Below, one piece after another: positions 13,671 to 28,099 of a stretch of DNA of 64,000 bases (the first letter of the stretch is position 1; every line of letters begins with the position of its first letter). The stretch is from Octopus sinensis (taxonomy: Eukaryota). Made by a program: the position numbers and the translations under genes. The stretch is taken from contig NC_043015.1 in NCBI RefSeq assembly GCF_006345805.1, forward strand, positions 8,990,001 to 9,054,000, written 5' to 3'. Below the pieces are notes generated by a model. It did no database searches. It saw only the letters and a list, made by a program, of their open reading frames with translations, and was not told the DNA's origin.

Positions 13671-15754
13671 GGGGGTGGGCAATAATGAACGTGGTGTCTT
13701 GAGACTGGTGGTCATCTACGCCACTACCGGCCGGATTTATTTAGGCGTCTGGAAGCCTTTCAAGGGACATCTCGTCCTCTATGCTGTGATTGTCGTAGAT
13801 AAGCTAATAGAAGCGGGAGAGGAGGCGCAAAAAACTCAAGCAGCTGATCAATCAATCCCAACTGTTTGAAAGGTACCGGGGAGATAATAGTAATGCACAA
13901 AAGTGATCCTGGACCAAACGCTTAATGTCGTCTAAAATGTAGGATATACACATTATAAAACAGTCCTTTATTGAGATCATGAATAAAAAGAGTGAATCGA
14001 ATTACGGTGCTTGTTCTGTATCTGTGGGCTAAGTGGAAGCTGATACTGACTGCTGTCTTCTTTTATGTTGCTTTGATGTCATTTAGCCCATTAGTATAGA
14101 GCACAGTCTTAAATTTCATGAGGTACACATTTCCATTTGCCGTAGCGAATTGCTGATTTCCGTTAACACAGCGAATTGTGTAAACAGTTACCTCCTAGCA
14201 TTCGAGGAATCTGTGATTTCTAAAATAACAAAAAGGGACACACACACACACATACATGGATAGTAGTTTGATGTGTGAGTGGTTGTGAAAGCACACTTCC
14301 CTAATTCTCACCTTCATTTATTCGGCGTAGCGATGAATGAGTTCGCAAACATCTATTCAGCGAATTTCCATTACTCGTCACGTTAGATAACTGTACCTTC
14401 TTATCTTCATATCCATCTGTAAACACGCTAGTGAGCTTTAAGTATTAGTGATATTGGTATAGAATACATAGATTCTATAACGACATTTGAAAACAAATCT
14501 AACTCCTGAATATATTATTCTTTCCGAAAAAATAATTGATATAATATCTAAATATACGGAAGTTTCATGTTTAGTCTTTCCTTATTTGTGTATTTATTTT
14601 TCACTCGAAAACAATTTATGTACCTAGATGTACTTAGAAAATGTCACCTACATATTTCCATAAACAAATATTATCTATCTATCTATCAATTTTTTGTATG
14701 TATGTATGTATGTATATGTATAAAAATGCATATACATGTAAGAATACATGCATGACTATTTACATATTGGTGCATGCGATTTAATGTGTGCACATACACA
14801 TATGTATACACATATGTATATTTTAGATATTAAATGTGAATATCCGTCTTATTTTTTCCTTTTAAGATGACGTTTTACGAACATCTATTAGAATAAGTAT
14901 GTCATTCAGACTATACTTCTGTATTCTGCTGTTCCCTTACTCAACGCTACACCGTCTGACCCCCTTTCTGTTTTCATATGCAGAGCTTCATTCTTGTTTT
15001 TTATATTCTGAATATAATTCGTTCTAAATATCAAACTAATGGATGAATTTCCTGTTATAATCAATTTTGCTATTACTGTCCCGCATTCATTTCCTCGCGG
15101 AAATATATATGATCTTTAACTTGCTATCGTACTTTGACTAACGTAAATGTGTATTTAGTTCCTCCCAGACTCTTCTTTTCCATAAAAATATATAAGGGAG
15201 GCATGAGATTATGATTTTCAATTATCAATTGTAAATATATTTAATCGAAGAAATATTATTGAAATAATTCTATCGCAGAAATACGGAAAAATGTACAATA
15301 CAACTTGCCCCAATGCACTATGCTGTTTAGCTGTAAATTTACTAAATAAATATAGAATAATATATCGAGAGAAGAGATCATAAAATGGTCAAATATATCT
15401 ACAAATAAAATTTGATTCATTTCTCCATCCACTCAGTTGTTTTAATATTCTATTGTGTGTTACGCAGTTATCGGCTAGCTTGAGTAAAGCAAAGTATCAC
15501 AGGAAAGAGTATATTGAGGAGTATCGTTGTACGTTAAACGTTAAGAAACATTGAGTTTTATTCTGGTAAATCTGAAAATGCATAGTAGTAGCTTTGTGCA
15601 ATGACAAAGATAGGGACAGAAAAACAGAGAACATGAGGGATAAAATTGACCTAGAATACTGTCATTAGATTAAGCGGTAGCTTTCTGCCAGAGGAAAGAT
15701 AGTCGACACACACATAGAAGTTTTTACGCATACGTACAAACACATACACACACG

Positions 15755-15798
<44 letters not shown>

Positions 15799-16990
15799 CA
15801 CACACACGTGTCACATACTGCAAGCAGTAGAACGTATCACATTATCGACACGGTGTTTGTTTCACGATCGTGTAGAGAATGAAATCTGTATTATCTTCGG
15901 TATTTTTCTCTCGCAAAACTGCATTTCTTCATAAATATATGTAATATACGGTTTGAAATTGTTTACAAAATTGAGGATGTGGCACTAACTTGTGTTAAAA
16001 ATTGAGATTGAAGCTTTTCTACTGAAATTACAGTCTGATATTCAGCTGCTTACATGTGAATAAACCTAAATTTGGAAGTTAATATTTATTCAGTTATTTA
16101 AATCGGATGTTTGATATTCGATCCTTATTATTTGTGCCGTTCTTTTACCTTGAACTTGGGATTCACTCGGAAGTGATATTGCTTCTGTATCAGCTAGATT
16201 TTATATTGGACCCATAAATATATTCAGTGTCAATCAATGAATTTATAGTCTCTCAATTCAATGCATCATTGACTATACTCTAGCTATCTCTAGAATGTAA
16301 TTTGGCCGGTTTTCATTGTTGGTCCTTAGTATTTCTATAAACAGATGCACATAAATTGTATGTGGTGTTGTGTTTTACTGTACAGAAAAAGATAACTTTT
16401 ACAAAAGTTAAGATAAAATATATGGAGTGCAATATCTGGTGCTTATGTAAGTCAGATAAATTCTACTGTGTAAAAAAACACTGACTACATGCACTTGAGT
16501 TTTCTCGAAATATCTGCTTCAAGACACACGAATAATTTAAGGCATTTTGGGCAATATCTGGTGTTTATGTAAAGCAGATAAAGCTTCCTAGACACCATAT
16601 AATTGTTTTTGTCAACGGTCGGGCTTTATTGATATGAATAGTGACTACGGTAACTGAAGATTTTTTTAAAATTCAGTAATTCAGTTCTTTTTTAAACGTA
16701 TACATATGAGGAAACCTAATTTTGAGTCTTCTCTCAATGAGCAGAATATTGAGCAATCTTGCACTAAATTGGTTGCGAAATTTAGAAAAGCCGACGTTAT
16801 CGTAGTTGATCTCAAATTGATTTGATTTGCTAGTTTTCTTTGCTCAGTAACGTGCTACATTTACTAATACACTCATCTTTACACGAAATACCATGTAAAG
16901 TTGTGTGGTATTACTTTTTCAGAGGCCAGTACGGCAACAAAGCGATGCTCATTAAACGGATCCCTAAATTTCAGAGAATATCATCCTCGT

Positions 16991-17210
16991 TATTTTATTT
17001 CTTTACTACCCACAAGGAGCTACACATAGACAAACGGATTAAGTTGATTATATCGACCCCAGTGCGTAACTGGTACTTATTTAATCGACACCGAAAGGAT
17101 GAAATGCAAAGTCGACCTCGGCGGAATTTGAACTTAGAACGTAGCTTCAGTCGTAATACCACTAAGAATTTCGCCCGGCGTGCTAACGTTTCTGCCAGCT
17201 CGCTGCCTTA
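16991..17210 (-). mobile_element. tRNA-derived SINE, near full length
   Basis: Reverse complement has ggcagcgagctggcagaaacgttagcacgccgggcgaaat head, B-box-like aagttcaaattccgccgagg and central ctttcggtgtcgattaaataagtacc; homologous to 30797-31025. Confidence 0.9.
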
Positions 17211-18384
17211 TCTTCGTTAACTTAATGCTTTCAAAACGTGCTTCATGGTATACGATTGCTCATGAATTGAGATTCTGCTCAGTTTCAGTAATTGGTTGGA
17301 AATACATATAACCTGACTGCACACTGGTATGGCATGAATTACAAGTTTATCACACACACTGAATCATTAGTAGTTTCCGATAGTCTGATATAATGAGAAT
17401 GCAGAATAGTCTAGATAGAAATTATTGGAAATTGTGGTTTGTGATTCATATCAACAGTAACAAGCAAGGGCAGGCATGAAACTTAACAATATCACCAGGG
17501 AAGCAATTATACAAACATGCTATAACCTCTTTTTCAATTTAATAAGCCGAATGTGAGATCTATCCAGAGACAACAACTGTCTACTTGTGGTGTGCTAGAT
17601 GCAGTAATTAGTATAAATATAACAAAGATAAACAATTCGTCCCAGAAATAAAACTCATTCAATTTTCTCCAAATATGTAAGCGTTAATTTGCATATTTCA
17701 ACACTGATAGTTGTAATATTTATGATAGTTTTTTTATTCAGCCATACATGTTGCTTCTGTAAAATAATCGATTATTTCGTAAGAGTAGAGTCTAGAATCT
17801 CCTCGTCGGAAAATTTCTGGTAAAATATAGGTTTTACAAACAGGATTTAGGTCAGTTATGAAATTTCTAGTTGTAAGGAAGCATATTAGTGCACGTATGG
17901 AAATTACAATAATCCGGGTTTAATCTCGATTTTGTAGTTCACTTACACCCTTGCAGCTATCTGAATAAATAAATGATTTAATGATAAATTAACCTAAATT
18001 GCACGTAAAATTAAAAAAAGTACAAACCTGAACCTATGCATTACTGAACCGCACTGAGTGCAGCAGCAGTTATTGTGTAAAATCGAAGTTATCTTTATGG
18101 GAAAGGAAACAAGAAAATATATATAGTACATGTCTTGCTATTGTCATTAAGAATCCATATTTTCGAAATATTGTGCATTTGAAATTCAATATAAGTATTC
18201 TCCTATAAATTTGGTATCGCATGTTTTCCAGTATTTGATATTTTATTTTTTGAATATGAATAAATTTAATGCAGTAATTATTTCTAGACACACAATCACA
18301 CACAAACACACGCGCACGCACACATGTACATACACACATATACGCATGAGTTTGTGTTGTGTGCGTGTGTATGTCTGATTATAC

Positions 18385-18421
<37 letters not shown>

Positions 18422-18804
18422 GATAATATTACACATGCAGTGGACCAATGAAATTGAATTAGTAAGGGCAGTTAACAGCATAATTGATGATGATAATCAA
18501 TTGTTGTATTTTCAAAAGGCAAACTAGAATCTACACTCTAAAATATTCATTAAATTTCCACACAGACAAAATATATCAATTTACAATACTTATACAATTT
18601 AAACATATATTAGCATTGTCCATATAGGTGATGATATACTTAGTAATAACAACAGCGTTAACAGTAACAACAACAAATATGATGATGGTGATGACGACGA
18701 CGATGATGGTCATAATGATACAAATAATAATAATAATAACAATAATAATAATAATAATGATAACAATAGTAATAATGATAATAATAGTAATAATATTAAT
18801 AATA

Positions 18805-19246
18805 ACTGCTCAATACCACATATTTGCTTGTCAGTTGCTTGACCTTAAACAGTTGAGCATGTCCCTTAGTGGCTGACGATATGTGCATCTCTGATCATGA
18901 GCAGAAGTAGTGGGGGAGCATCATAGCCATGTGTTGAGAGGGATTCTTTGGGGTTTGAATAATTCACCTCTGGAAACATGGGTGGTTCTTTCAACATCCT
19001 TAAACAACCCTTATTCAGGGACCGTTTGAGCGGGATGGGCTACTCAACCTGAAGAAAATTCTAACTGGGCCCCACCTGCAAGGTCATGTGCTGTTTATCT
19101 TGATTTGAGATCACAATGTCGCGCACATATGGTTGTGATGCATGTGCCTGGTGTGCCCTTATCAGACGGGTAGTCATGATGGGTATATTGGGCTTCGTAT
19201 ATTTTACTCCAGTGTCACTTTGATGACATGAACTGCTCTCTCACTC

Positions 19247-19308
<62 letters not shown>

Positions 19309-19368
19309 CAATAATAATAATAATAATAATATAATAATAATAACAATAATAATAATAATAAAAATAAT

Positions 19369-19443
<75 letters not shown>

Positions 19444-19480
19444 TAATAATAATAATGTTAATAATAATATAATAATAATA
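18805..19480 (+). mobile_element. Abundant retroposon-derived repeat ending in a long (AAT)n tail
   Basis: caataccacatatttgcttg...ggccccacctgcaaggtcatg...ctgctctctcactc followed by ~230 bp (AAT)n; second copy follows; family assignment uncertain. Confidence 0.7.
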
Positions 19481-20110
19481 GATGCCCTGATACAGTACCA
19501 GTGGCAATCATAACTCCTGATCTTAACTGATTGGAAATGTTAACATGTACGTTGTTTTGTCTTGGTATAAATAATGGTCTAATATTCAAATAGTGTGCTC
19601 AATACCACAAATTTGTTTGCAAATTGTTTGACCTGAACTAATTTACCATAATAATAATAATGTTAATAATAATATAATAATAATAGATGTCCTGATACAG
19701 TACCAGACAGTGGCAATCATAACTCCTTATCTTAACTGATTGGAAATGTTAACATGTACATTGTTTTGTCTTGGTATAAAAAATGGTCTAATATTCAAAT
19801 ATTCTGCTCAATACCACACATTTGCTTGCAAATTGTTTGACCTGAACTAGTTTACCATGTCAACTGGTTAAGGTTAGTGGCTAACGATATATGCATCTCT
19901 GATCACCAGTAGAAGTAGTGGGGGAGCATCATTGCCGAGTGTTGAAAGGAATCCTTAGAAGTTTGGATAATTCACCTTTGGAAACATGGGTGCTTTGTTC
20001 AACATCCTTAAACGATCCTTATTCAGGGACCTTTTGAGTAGGATGGGCTACTCGACCACAAGAAAATTTTAACTAGGCCCCACCTGCAAGGTCATGCGTG
20101 GTTTATCTGG
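19445..20110 (+). mobile_element. Second copy of the same repeat with tandemly duplicated ~205-bp 5' segment
   Basis: gatg(c/t)cctgatacagtacca at 19481 and 19686; 19860-20100 is homologous to 18850-19095. Confidence 0.8.
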
Positions 20111-20230
20111 TGCTGTTGGGGCACACGGTAAGGTATGAACTCATAGAATGCAAGCTGTAATGAGTGAACTGTGCTCCAGTATAAACAGTTGCTTTGAAAT
20201 AATGACTAAGATAATAGGTTTGTATATATA

Positions 20231-20342
<112 letters not shown>

Positions 20343-23300
20343 TTATATAAGAATCCAGATATGCATAGTGATTATTCTATAGCATGGTCATTGAAGCAAG
20401 ATATCTTATATATGATTTTATGATACCCAAAACAATGAAACATTAAAAAAAAATGGATTTAAAATATTGAATTAAACCTACTGCAAAACAATTATTTTTT
20501 CCGTTGTACCAGAGTTTAACAGATTCTCGATTCTACTTTCAGTTAACTACTACATAACAAATAATTTACCACTTTCGTATTTTAAAAGCACTACGTATAA
20601 AAAAAATACCTCTCTACATAAACTTGAGTCTTCTCAAAAGATATGCTTCAAGGCACACAAATAATATAAGGTATGTTGGGCAATAATGTTGAGAGTCATT
20701 TTGAACACCATCGAACTCTGATATGCAAACGTAGCACTAGTGAAGATGCTTGCCCAAGAATGTAATGAAACTGTTCCATATAGTTACTGAACCTAGTAAT
20801 TATCTTATACATATTGGTGGATGAACCATGAAATTTCTTTTTCTTTGGTGAACAAAATAGCAAAGGAAACAATGCCAATTACCATAAGGCATAATTAGTT
20901 AGTAATTTAATTTTTCCGTCACATTACTCAAAGTAGAAATGAAAATATTGTGGAGGAGTGATAAGAAATCTCAATGTTTGGTCTCTTTAACATAAGAGGT
21001 TGGAAAAGATCTGACGCGTCCTCTATGCAGTACATGTGAGTTATATTCCCTATAGAGTTACACGGATAAATGTCAATGTGCAGTAAAACGGGAAACATGC
21101 AAGGAATTCCTATTTTATTTTTGCCACCTTAATAAGGTAATTAGAGAAGTCGAAATCTTTTGACTTTCTTTATTAGCATAGAACATGATATATTATATCA
21201 ATTTCCTGGTATATTCCGATGCTAAAATGAATATTTTTGAAAATTTTCTATTGTAGAATTATAACTAAGAACTTATACAGGGCGAGGTTATGCATCCCGA
21301 ATTACAATTCCTACTCCTATTGCATTGTATACAATATACTAATTAATATAGCCGGAAACATTTTGCTGAAATGTAATTACATCGATCAATGCAAATATCA
21401 AAACCCATCGCTGTATACCTTAATTATTTTGATATTTGAATTGACAGTATAAATAGAAACGTTCATATTCTATTTCTATTGATTTTTTTTACGTTAAATA
21501 CTTTTGTCTATTTAACATCCCGGTATATATGGAAAACGTTTAAACAGAATTTGCAAACCTGTAGGGTGAAATATAATACAGGGATACAATTGAAAATTAA
21601 TTCTTTCAGGAGAACATTAATTAGTAAATGAAGTGACCTAAGGTGGAAATATTCTTGCTTCGTGATGCGAAAATGATTAGATTTGCACTAATTTCGGGCG
21701 CGTATTTTCGCTGGAGATTTGTTAAAAGGCGCGTTAAAATACTTTGTTTCGTATCTTAATACATTCTCATTCTTATTTCAATCCCAGTGTAGGAACTTTT
21801 ACCTTTCATCTCTCTGTGATCAATAAATTAAAGTTCCACTCAAATAGTGTTGTAATTTATTCTCTCTTTCAAAATAGCAGGTTCGTGCCAATGTTAGATA
21901 GCAATATTATAACCATTAACCTGTAGTTAGATTCGAAGTTTTAAAACACCGTATGCGATGTAGAAGGTTTACATAGATTCTATCATTTTGCAGCTATGTT
22001 TGCTTCATATATGAGATTTGAAAATAAAAATAATGAAAATGAAATAATCTCTGCCATAATATTATTGGAACGAGCACGCCGTTTTTATTATCTCTTCGTC
22101 GGTCTCTGTCACAATCTTCTATTCTCCATCTCTCTCACATTTTACTCTACATTTGTTATTCACTTCTTTCTGCGATGGGTTACACATAGCGCAAATATAT
22201 ATCCATGTCAGAGTGACATTGCTCTAGGGTGAATTGAAGAACCGATAATGCCTATTTTAATTTTAAATGTGTGCGTAATATATGTGGGCAAACTGTGTGG
22301 ATAAACAGAGAATTGCTGTAAAAATAGAATATGTTTAGTGATGAATATTTAACGCTTCGATGTATATAGAAGGTAAAATAATAACTTTATCAAGTAAATA
22401 TTAGAAAATAAAGATAGCTGCAGTAATGCTTCTTTGCATGAAATATAGGATAATTTAAATCGTATTAGAAAGTTGAAAACATAAGGAGAAAGAGAGTTGT
22501 ATAAGTAGAATTTTATTAAAAGATACGTTTGCAGTTAATCTAGTTTTGATATTGACGAATATGTCTGCTAGAAGAGATAAAATAAAAAAGATATTTTGTT
22601 TGTTCTAGTACTGAGTATTTGATGGTTGAATAGGTAAATAGATAAAGGAAATACATAATGAGGAAGTCAACGTGTAAAACTAGATATATTGGATATGATA
22701 TATGAATACCTATATATGTATTTGTGACGCAATATACTGCAAGTTACTGGGTCAGAGTATTTGACATCAAATTCGAATGAAGGAATGTACTTGATTTCCC
22801 CTTCCTTAAATCTTAGGCCTTCGATCGGTGATCAAGCACTAATTTCCACTCTACTTAACTCGTTTTTGAAGATTTTCAAAAAACAAAAACAATACCGCCC
22901 TTATTTCAATACTTATAGTATCGTGTTACTTGTTATAGATCTGTTGGTACTAAAACTCATCGAAATATATTACAATCCTCCATATGCACTACCTCGAAAA
23001 GATTAGAAAGAATGTGTCAAATATACAAAGTAGGGAAATTTATGCAGAATATTGAAAAGAATATTTAAAAGAAAAATAGAATAAAATTTTTACCGAACAT
23101 ATCTACAGGGAAACGACACTCTGACTATCTACTCTAGTACACATATTTATGAATAACAGAATACATCGAAATTCATCGAAAGCCAATTTAGTCACATGGT
23201 TGATCTTATTGAAATATACTGCTGCAGGCTGCTCGTGTACCGATCCGATATATGTATGTATGTATGTTTGTATGTATGTGTGCATGTGTGTGCTTGTGTG

Positions 23301-23516
23301 TTTATATATATATATATATATATAACTAGCAAATATATATGCACTTACATGGGAAAGTTTCACGCGCGCATATAGGGGTGGATGAATATAAACGTGTTTC
23401 TGAGTATGTCATTCAGTTTATAAACAAATATGTTATCACGTCCGGCCTAGAGAAGTGAGAAATATACAACCATTACACAAAATATCAAAATACAGTTAAA
23501 AAAACGTACTCTGCTC

Positions 23517-23538
23517 TAGTAGTAGTAGTAGTAGTAGC

Positions 23539-23570
<32 letters not shown>

Positions 23571-23646
23571 AGTAGTAGTAGTAGTCATAGTCGTAGTAGT
23601 CGTAGTAGTAGTCGTAGTAGTAGTAGTAGTAGTAGTCGTAGTAGTC

Positions 23647-23682
<36 letters not shown>

Positions 23683-23700
23683 TTGGTGGTGGTAGTAGTG

Positions 23701-23783
<83 letters not shown>

Positions 23784-23990
23784 CAGCAGCAGCAGCAATG
23801 TTACTTCACATATTTAAAGTAATACTATTAAGAATAACACCAACAATAAAAGAGACACCACCGTCATCGCCACTACCACCACCACCACCACAAAAAAACA
23901 GCAACAACAACATCAATAACAACCACAACAAGAACGACAACAACAACAGCAACAACAACAACAACAACAGCAACAATAATAATAATAATA

Positions 23991-24026
<36 letters not shown>

Positions 24027-24088
24027 TAATAATAATGATAATAATAATAATAATGATAATGATAATAATAATAATAATGATAATAATG

Positions 24089-24167
<79 letters not shown>

Positions 24168-24190
24168 TAATAATAATAATAATAATAATG

Positions 24191-24224
<34 letters not shown>

Positions 24225-24415
24225 TAATAATAATAATAATAATAATAATGAATAATAATAATAATAATGATAATAATAATAATAATGATAATAATAATAA
24301 TGAATAATAATAATAATAATAATAATATAATAATGATAATAATAAAATAATAATAATGATATAATAATAATAATAATGATAATAATAATAATAATGATAA
24401 TAATAATAATGAATA

Positions 24416-24481
<66 letters not shown>

Positions 24482-24492
24482 TAACAATAATG

Positions 24493-24573
<81 letters not shown>

Positions 24574-24600
24574 CAATAAACAATAATGTCAATAATAAAT
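23517..24600. repeat. ~1.1-kb compound trinucleotide array: (AGT)n, (CAC)/(CAA)n, (AAT/GAT)n
   Basis: Direct inspection; explains ORFs 23496-24685. Confidence 0.95.
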
Positions 24601-24929
24601 TATTACTACTCGAAGAGTCTATGAACATAGGTGCTGCCAGCGGTGCTATTCCTGCTTTCTGCATGCATAATATATGTAAGACCAAAACATCAGTAAATAT
24701 ATGGTGTCAAATATGTATATTGAGCAGAATATCAATTTCATACCTAACTGTCTCACCATACAATAAATAAAACACTCGTATACATACACACACGAATACA
24801 AACGATCACACATATTCAAACACTCAAATGGAGACCGATATATTAATATACGTATACTTATGAATACATCCTCGTTTATATATTTGAGTGTGTGTATATG
24901 TTTTTGTGTGTGTGTATGTATGTATAAAT

Positions 24930-24977
<48 letters not shown>

Positions 24978-25054
24978 GTGTGTGTATACATATATACACA
25001 TACATACGTATATTTAAATGTGTCTAGATATGTATACAAACATATATGCATGTG

Positions 25055-25085
<31 letters not shown>

Positions 25086-25654
25086 CAAATGAAATAAAGC
25101 TTATATATATATATATATAATCTTTATTTCATATAAACGTATACGTGAAATCTTGTAGCTGTGTGAATGTCATTTCCTCTGTAGTTATGTCCATCTGATT
25201 AAATTCACGCGTAATTATTTATTCGCCAGACATATGTAAATACACTAACTTTATTTATATATGACAGTTTTCATCAAATATTTCATAAATGAAATATAAA
25301 AATACATTGAAGATTTCGAAAATCAATACTTGGACAATCATTCATAGATTCTAGTAAAACTGGGATCAAAATAATTTGAGGCAATATATATGTTATACAT
25401 TTTCATATAAAGTATTATGTGCAGATATGTAAATATACATAGATTTCCATATATATGCCATACGTATGTATACATGCGGATATATGTGGTTATGTTTGCC
25501 CGTATGTTTTTGCGAGTGTGTGATTTATAATGGAAGCCATTTCCAGTAGTTATATTTAATTTACGAATATTCACATAAATGTTACTAACATGACATTTAA
25601 TACATCAAGCACAACTCCATGTATGAACATAAAATACCCCCCATCCTGTCTCAT

Positions 25655-25955
25655 TAAGTGTGACTTAGTGGTAATGTTGTTCGGGTTACGCTTGTGAGTT
25701 CTATTCCTGGCGAGGTGTTATGAGCTTCAGCAAAACACTTTATTACATGTTTGCTGCAGTCCACTTAGCTGTCAAAAATTAGTTGTCCCTTTATTACAAA
25801 GGACCAGCCTCGTAACGCTCTATCTCACTTAGATCTACATTAAGTGTACGGGTGTCTGTGGAGTGTTCAGCGACTTGCGTGTTAATTTCACGAGGAGGCT
25901 GTCCCGTTAATCGGGTCAACTGGGACATTTGTTGTCGTAAACGACAAAGTGCCCC
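25655..25955 (+). mobile_element. SINE of a second family (tRNA-like head, central domain, distinct tail)
   Basis: gtgagttctattcctgg B-box-like, agcaaaacactttatt...cagtccacttagctgtcaaaaa central block, gtgtctgtggagtg...gttaatttcacgag...gtcaactgg tail; recognised from memory. Confidence 0.7.
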
Positions 25956-26406
25956 TCGCATGTATAAACATGCATATATGTCATATAAATTACTCCGTGC
26001 TAAATCAAATGTTATCAACAGTTTCTTGCCATTAAGACACTTTGTAACTCACGTTTACTAACCTGCATTAACCCTATGCAATCTGGGCCTCTAAGCGCAT
26101 GGTTTCACTATAAAATAAATAAGACACTTGTCCCCAGAGCCCCCAGATTGCTTGGGTTGAAAATCCTGCCAATGCACTTGTCTTAAAATTATGGAATTAT
26201 TGGTATCATTTATGTACATATAAATATGCATATTTATAAATGTACACAAATATAAATATAAATAAATATATATATATAGTTTATATATATATATATACCT
26301 CGTTGAGAGATTTATTATTGCTTAATATTATATATATATATATATATATGTAATATATACATATATGCATATATATATATATGTATATATATATATAATG
26401 TATATA

Positions 26407-26458
<52 letters not shown>

Positions 26459-26490
26459 ATATCTATATATATAATATATATATAATATAT

Positions 26491-26521
<31 letters not shown>

Positions 26522-26941
26522 CATACATATATATGCGATTTCTTAGAAAATCTTACTTTTGTACTCTGCTATTAAATCATTACAGTGAAATAGTATGGAG
26601 AATTATATGAACTTTGTCCTATAAAAAACAATATACGGTGGTGAGTAAGAGGTTCCTTTCTCTCACGTTATTTGTAATATGGCTGAAAAATCTGCGGTGA
26701 TAGTTACTTTTATTGTATCTCTGCCTATAAATGATGATTTAAAATTCTATTTTATTTTCCCCCACGGTAAAGATTCCATCAGACGCTAATCGACAATATA
26801 TGTCAGTGTGAGTTCCTAAGTTGTTGTTCTTTGTTTTATATATACATATCCCCAAAAATCATAAACATACATACGGATGCAACACATATGTGTGCGTGTG
26901 CGTGTGATTATACGAGGTCTTTTTGTGTGTATGTTTATGAG

Positions 26942-26979
<38 letters not shown>

Positions 26980-27005
26980 AATTTATATATATACATATAT
27001 ATGCA

Positions 27006-27631
27006 TTATCCACATAGTGGATAACTCTCTAATAATTTATGTATAAATGTGTATTTTCTCTCGTAGTTTTTTTTGTGCTAAGCCACTTGGTGTTAAATTA
27101 ATGGTATTATTAATTAATATCGATTTTTCACTCATTTATAATTTTATAAATTTAACTACGCGGCAGTCAATATTTTATTTGATGCGGCATACGTTTCCAA
27201 TGGAGTCTAGGCATGCTTTTGGCGCGGAAATTGAGACATAACTAAAAATGTAATTGGTTGACCGCTCGTGCTTTTGACGCTCGAATCGATCTAATTAATT
27301 GCATTTCTGACAAACTCTACCGAAGTTTATAGATGTAGTGTAAGAAAAACTACATATTACATTAGTAATGAAACAATTGTATAGAGTCAATCTATTTTAT
27401 TCGTTGTATTTCACTTTCCTTCCGCTAAATGTATGTTGATTCTAGTTGGAAACAGATCTTCTGTGGTTGCTTCGGAGCTATTTTTAGCACTAGAGTTATC
27501 CACATAGTGGATAACTCTCTAATAATTTATGTATATGTGTATTTTCTCCGTAGTTTTTTGTGCTAAGCCACTTGGTGTTAAATTAATGGTATTATTAAAT
27601 TAATATCGATTTTTCACCCTCATTTATAATT
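27006..27631. repeat. ~137-bp direct duplication (27006-27143 and 27496-27631)
   Basis: Near-identical copies both starting ttatccacatagtggataactctct. Confidence 0.9.
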
Positions 27632-27829
27632 GTATGTATATGTATATATATTAGAAGGTTTAGAGATGATGCACAGGTATTTTATATTAGAAGAAATGAG
27701 GTACTCAGAAATTCGGATGGTTTTATATTTACAGATATTTTTTTGTATACTACATGTTTTTATACATCATAGAACATATAATATATCATATACTACCGCG
27801 TTCTCTCATTCTAGTGGGGTTTTCAATGG

Positions 27830-27881
<52 letters not shown>

Positions 27882-28099
27882 GTTTATAATTCATTGAGGA
27901 GAATCAGATACTCTCCGTATAGAATACACTTATTAGTGCTCAAGAGGTTTAAACATGAGTGAGTAGAGGAGTAGATGAACAGATAAGAAATTTACGCAGG
28001 TCGATATACAAAGAATATTAAATACATTAAGCACCAAAATGCCCGACGCACGCAGAATAATAATGACATCTCGAATTAAATGCTTTGAATGAATAATTA

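Noticed and set aside
27006-27014. Perfect DnaA box TTATCCACA (also at 27496)
   Set aside because: Eukaryotic context with no bacterial features; chance match inside a palindrome
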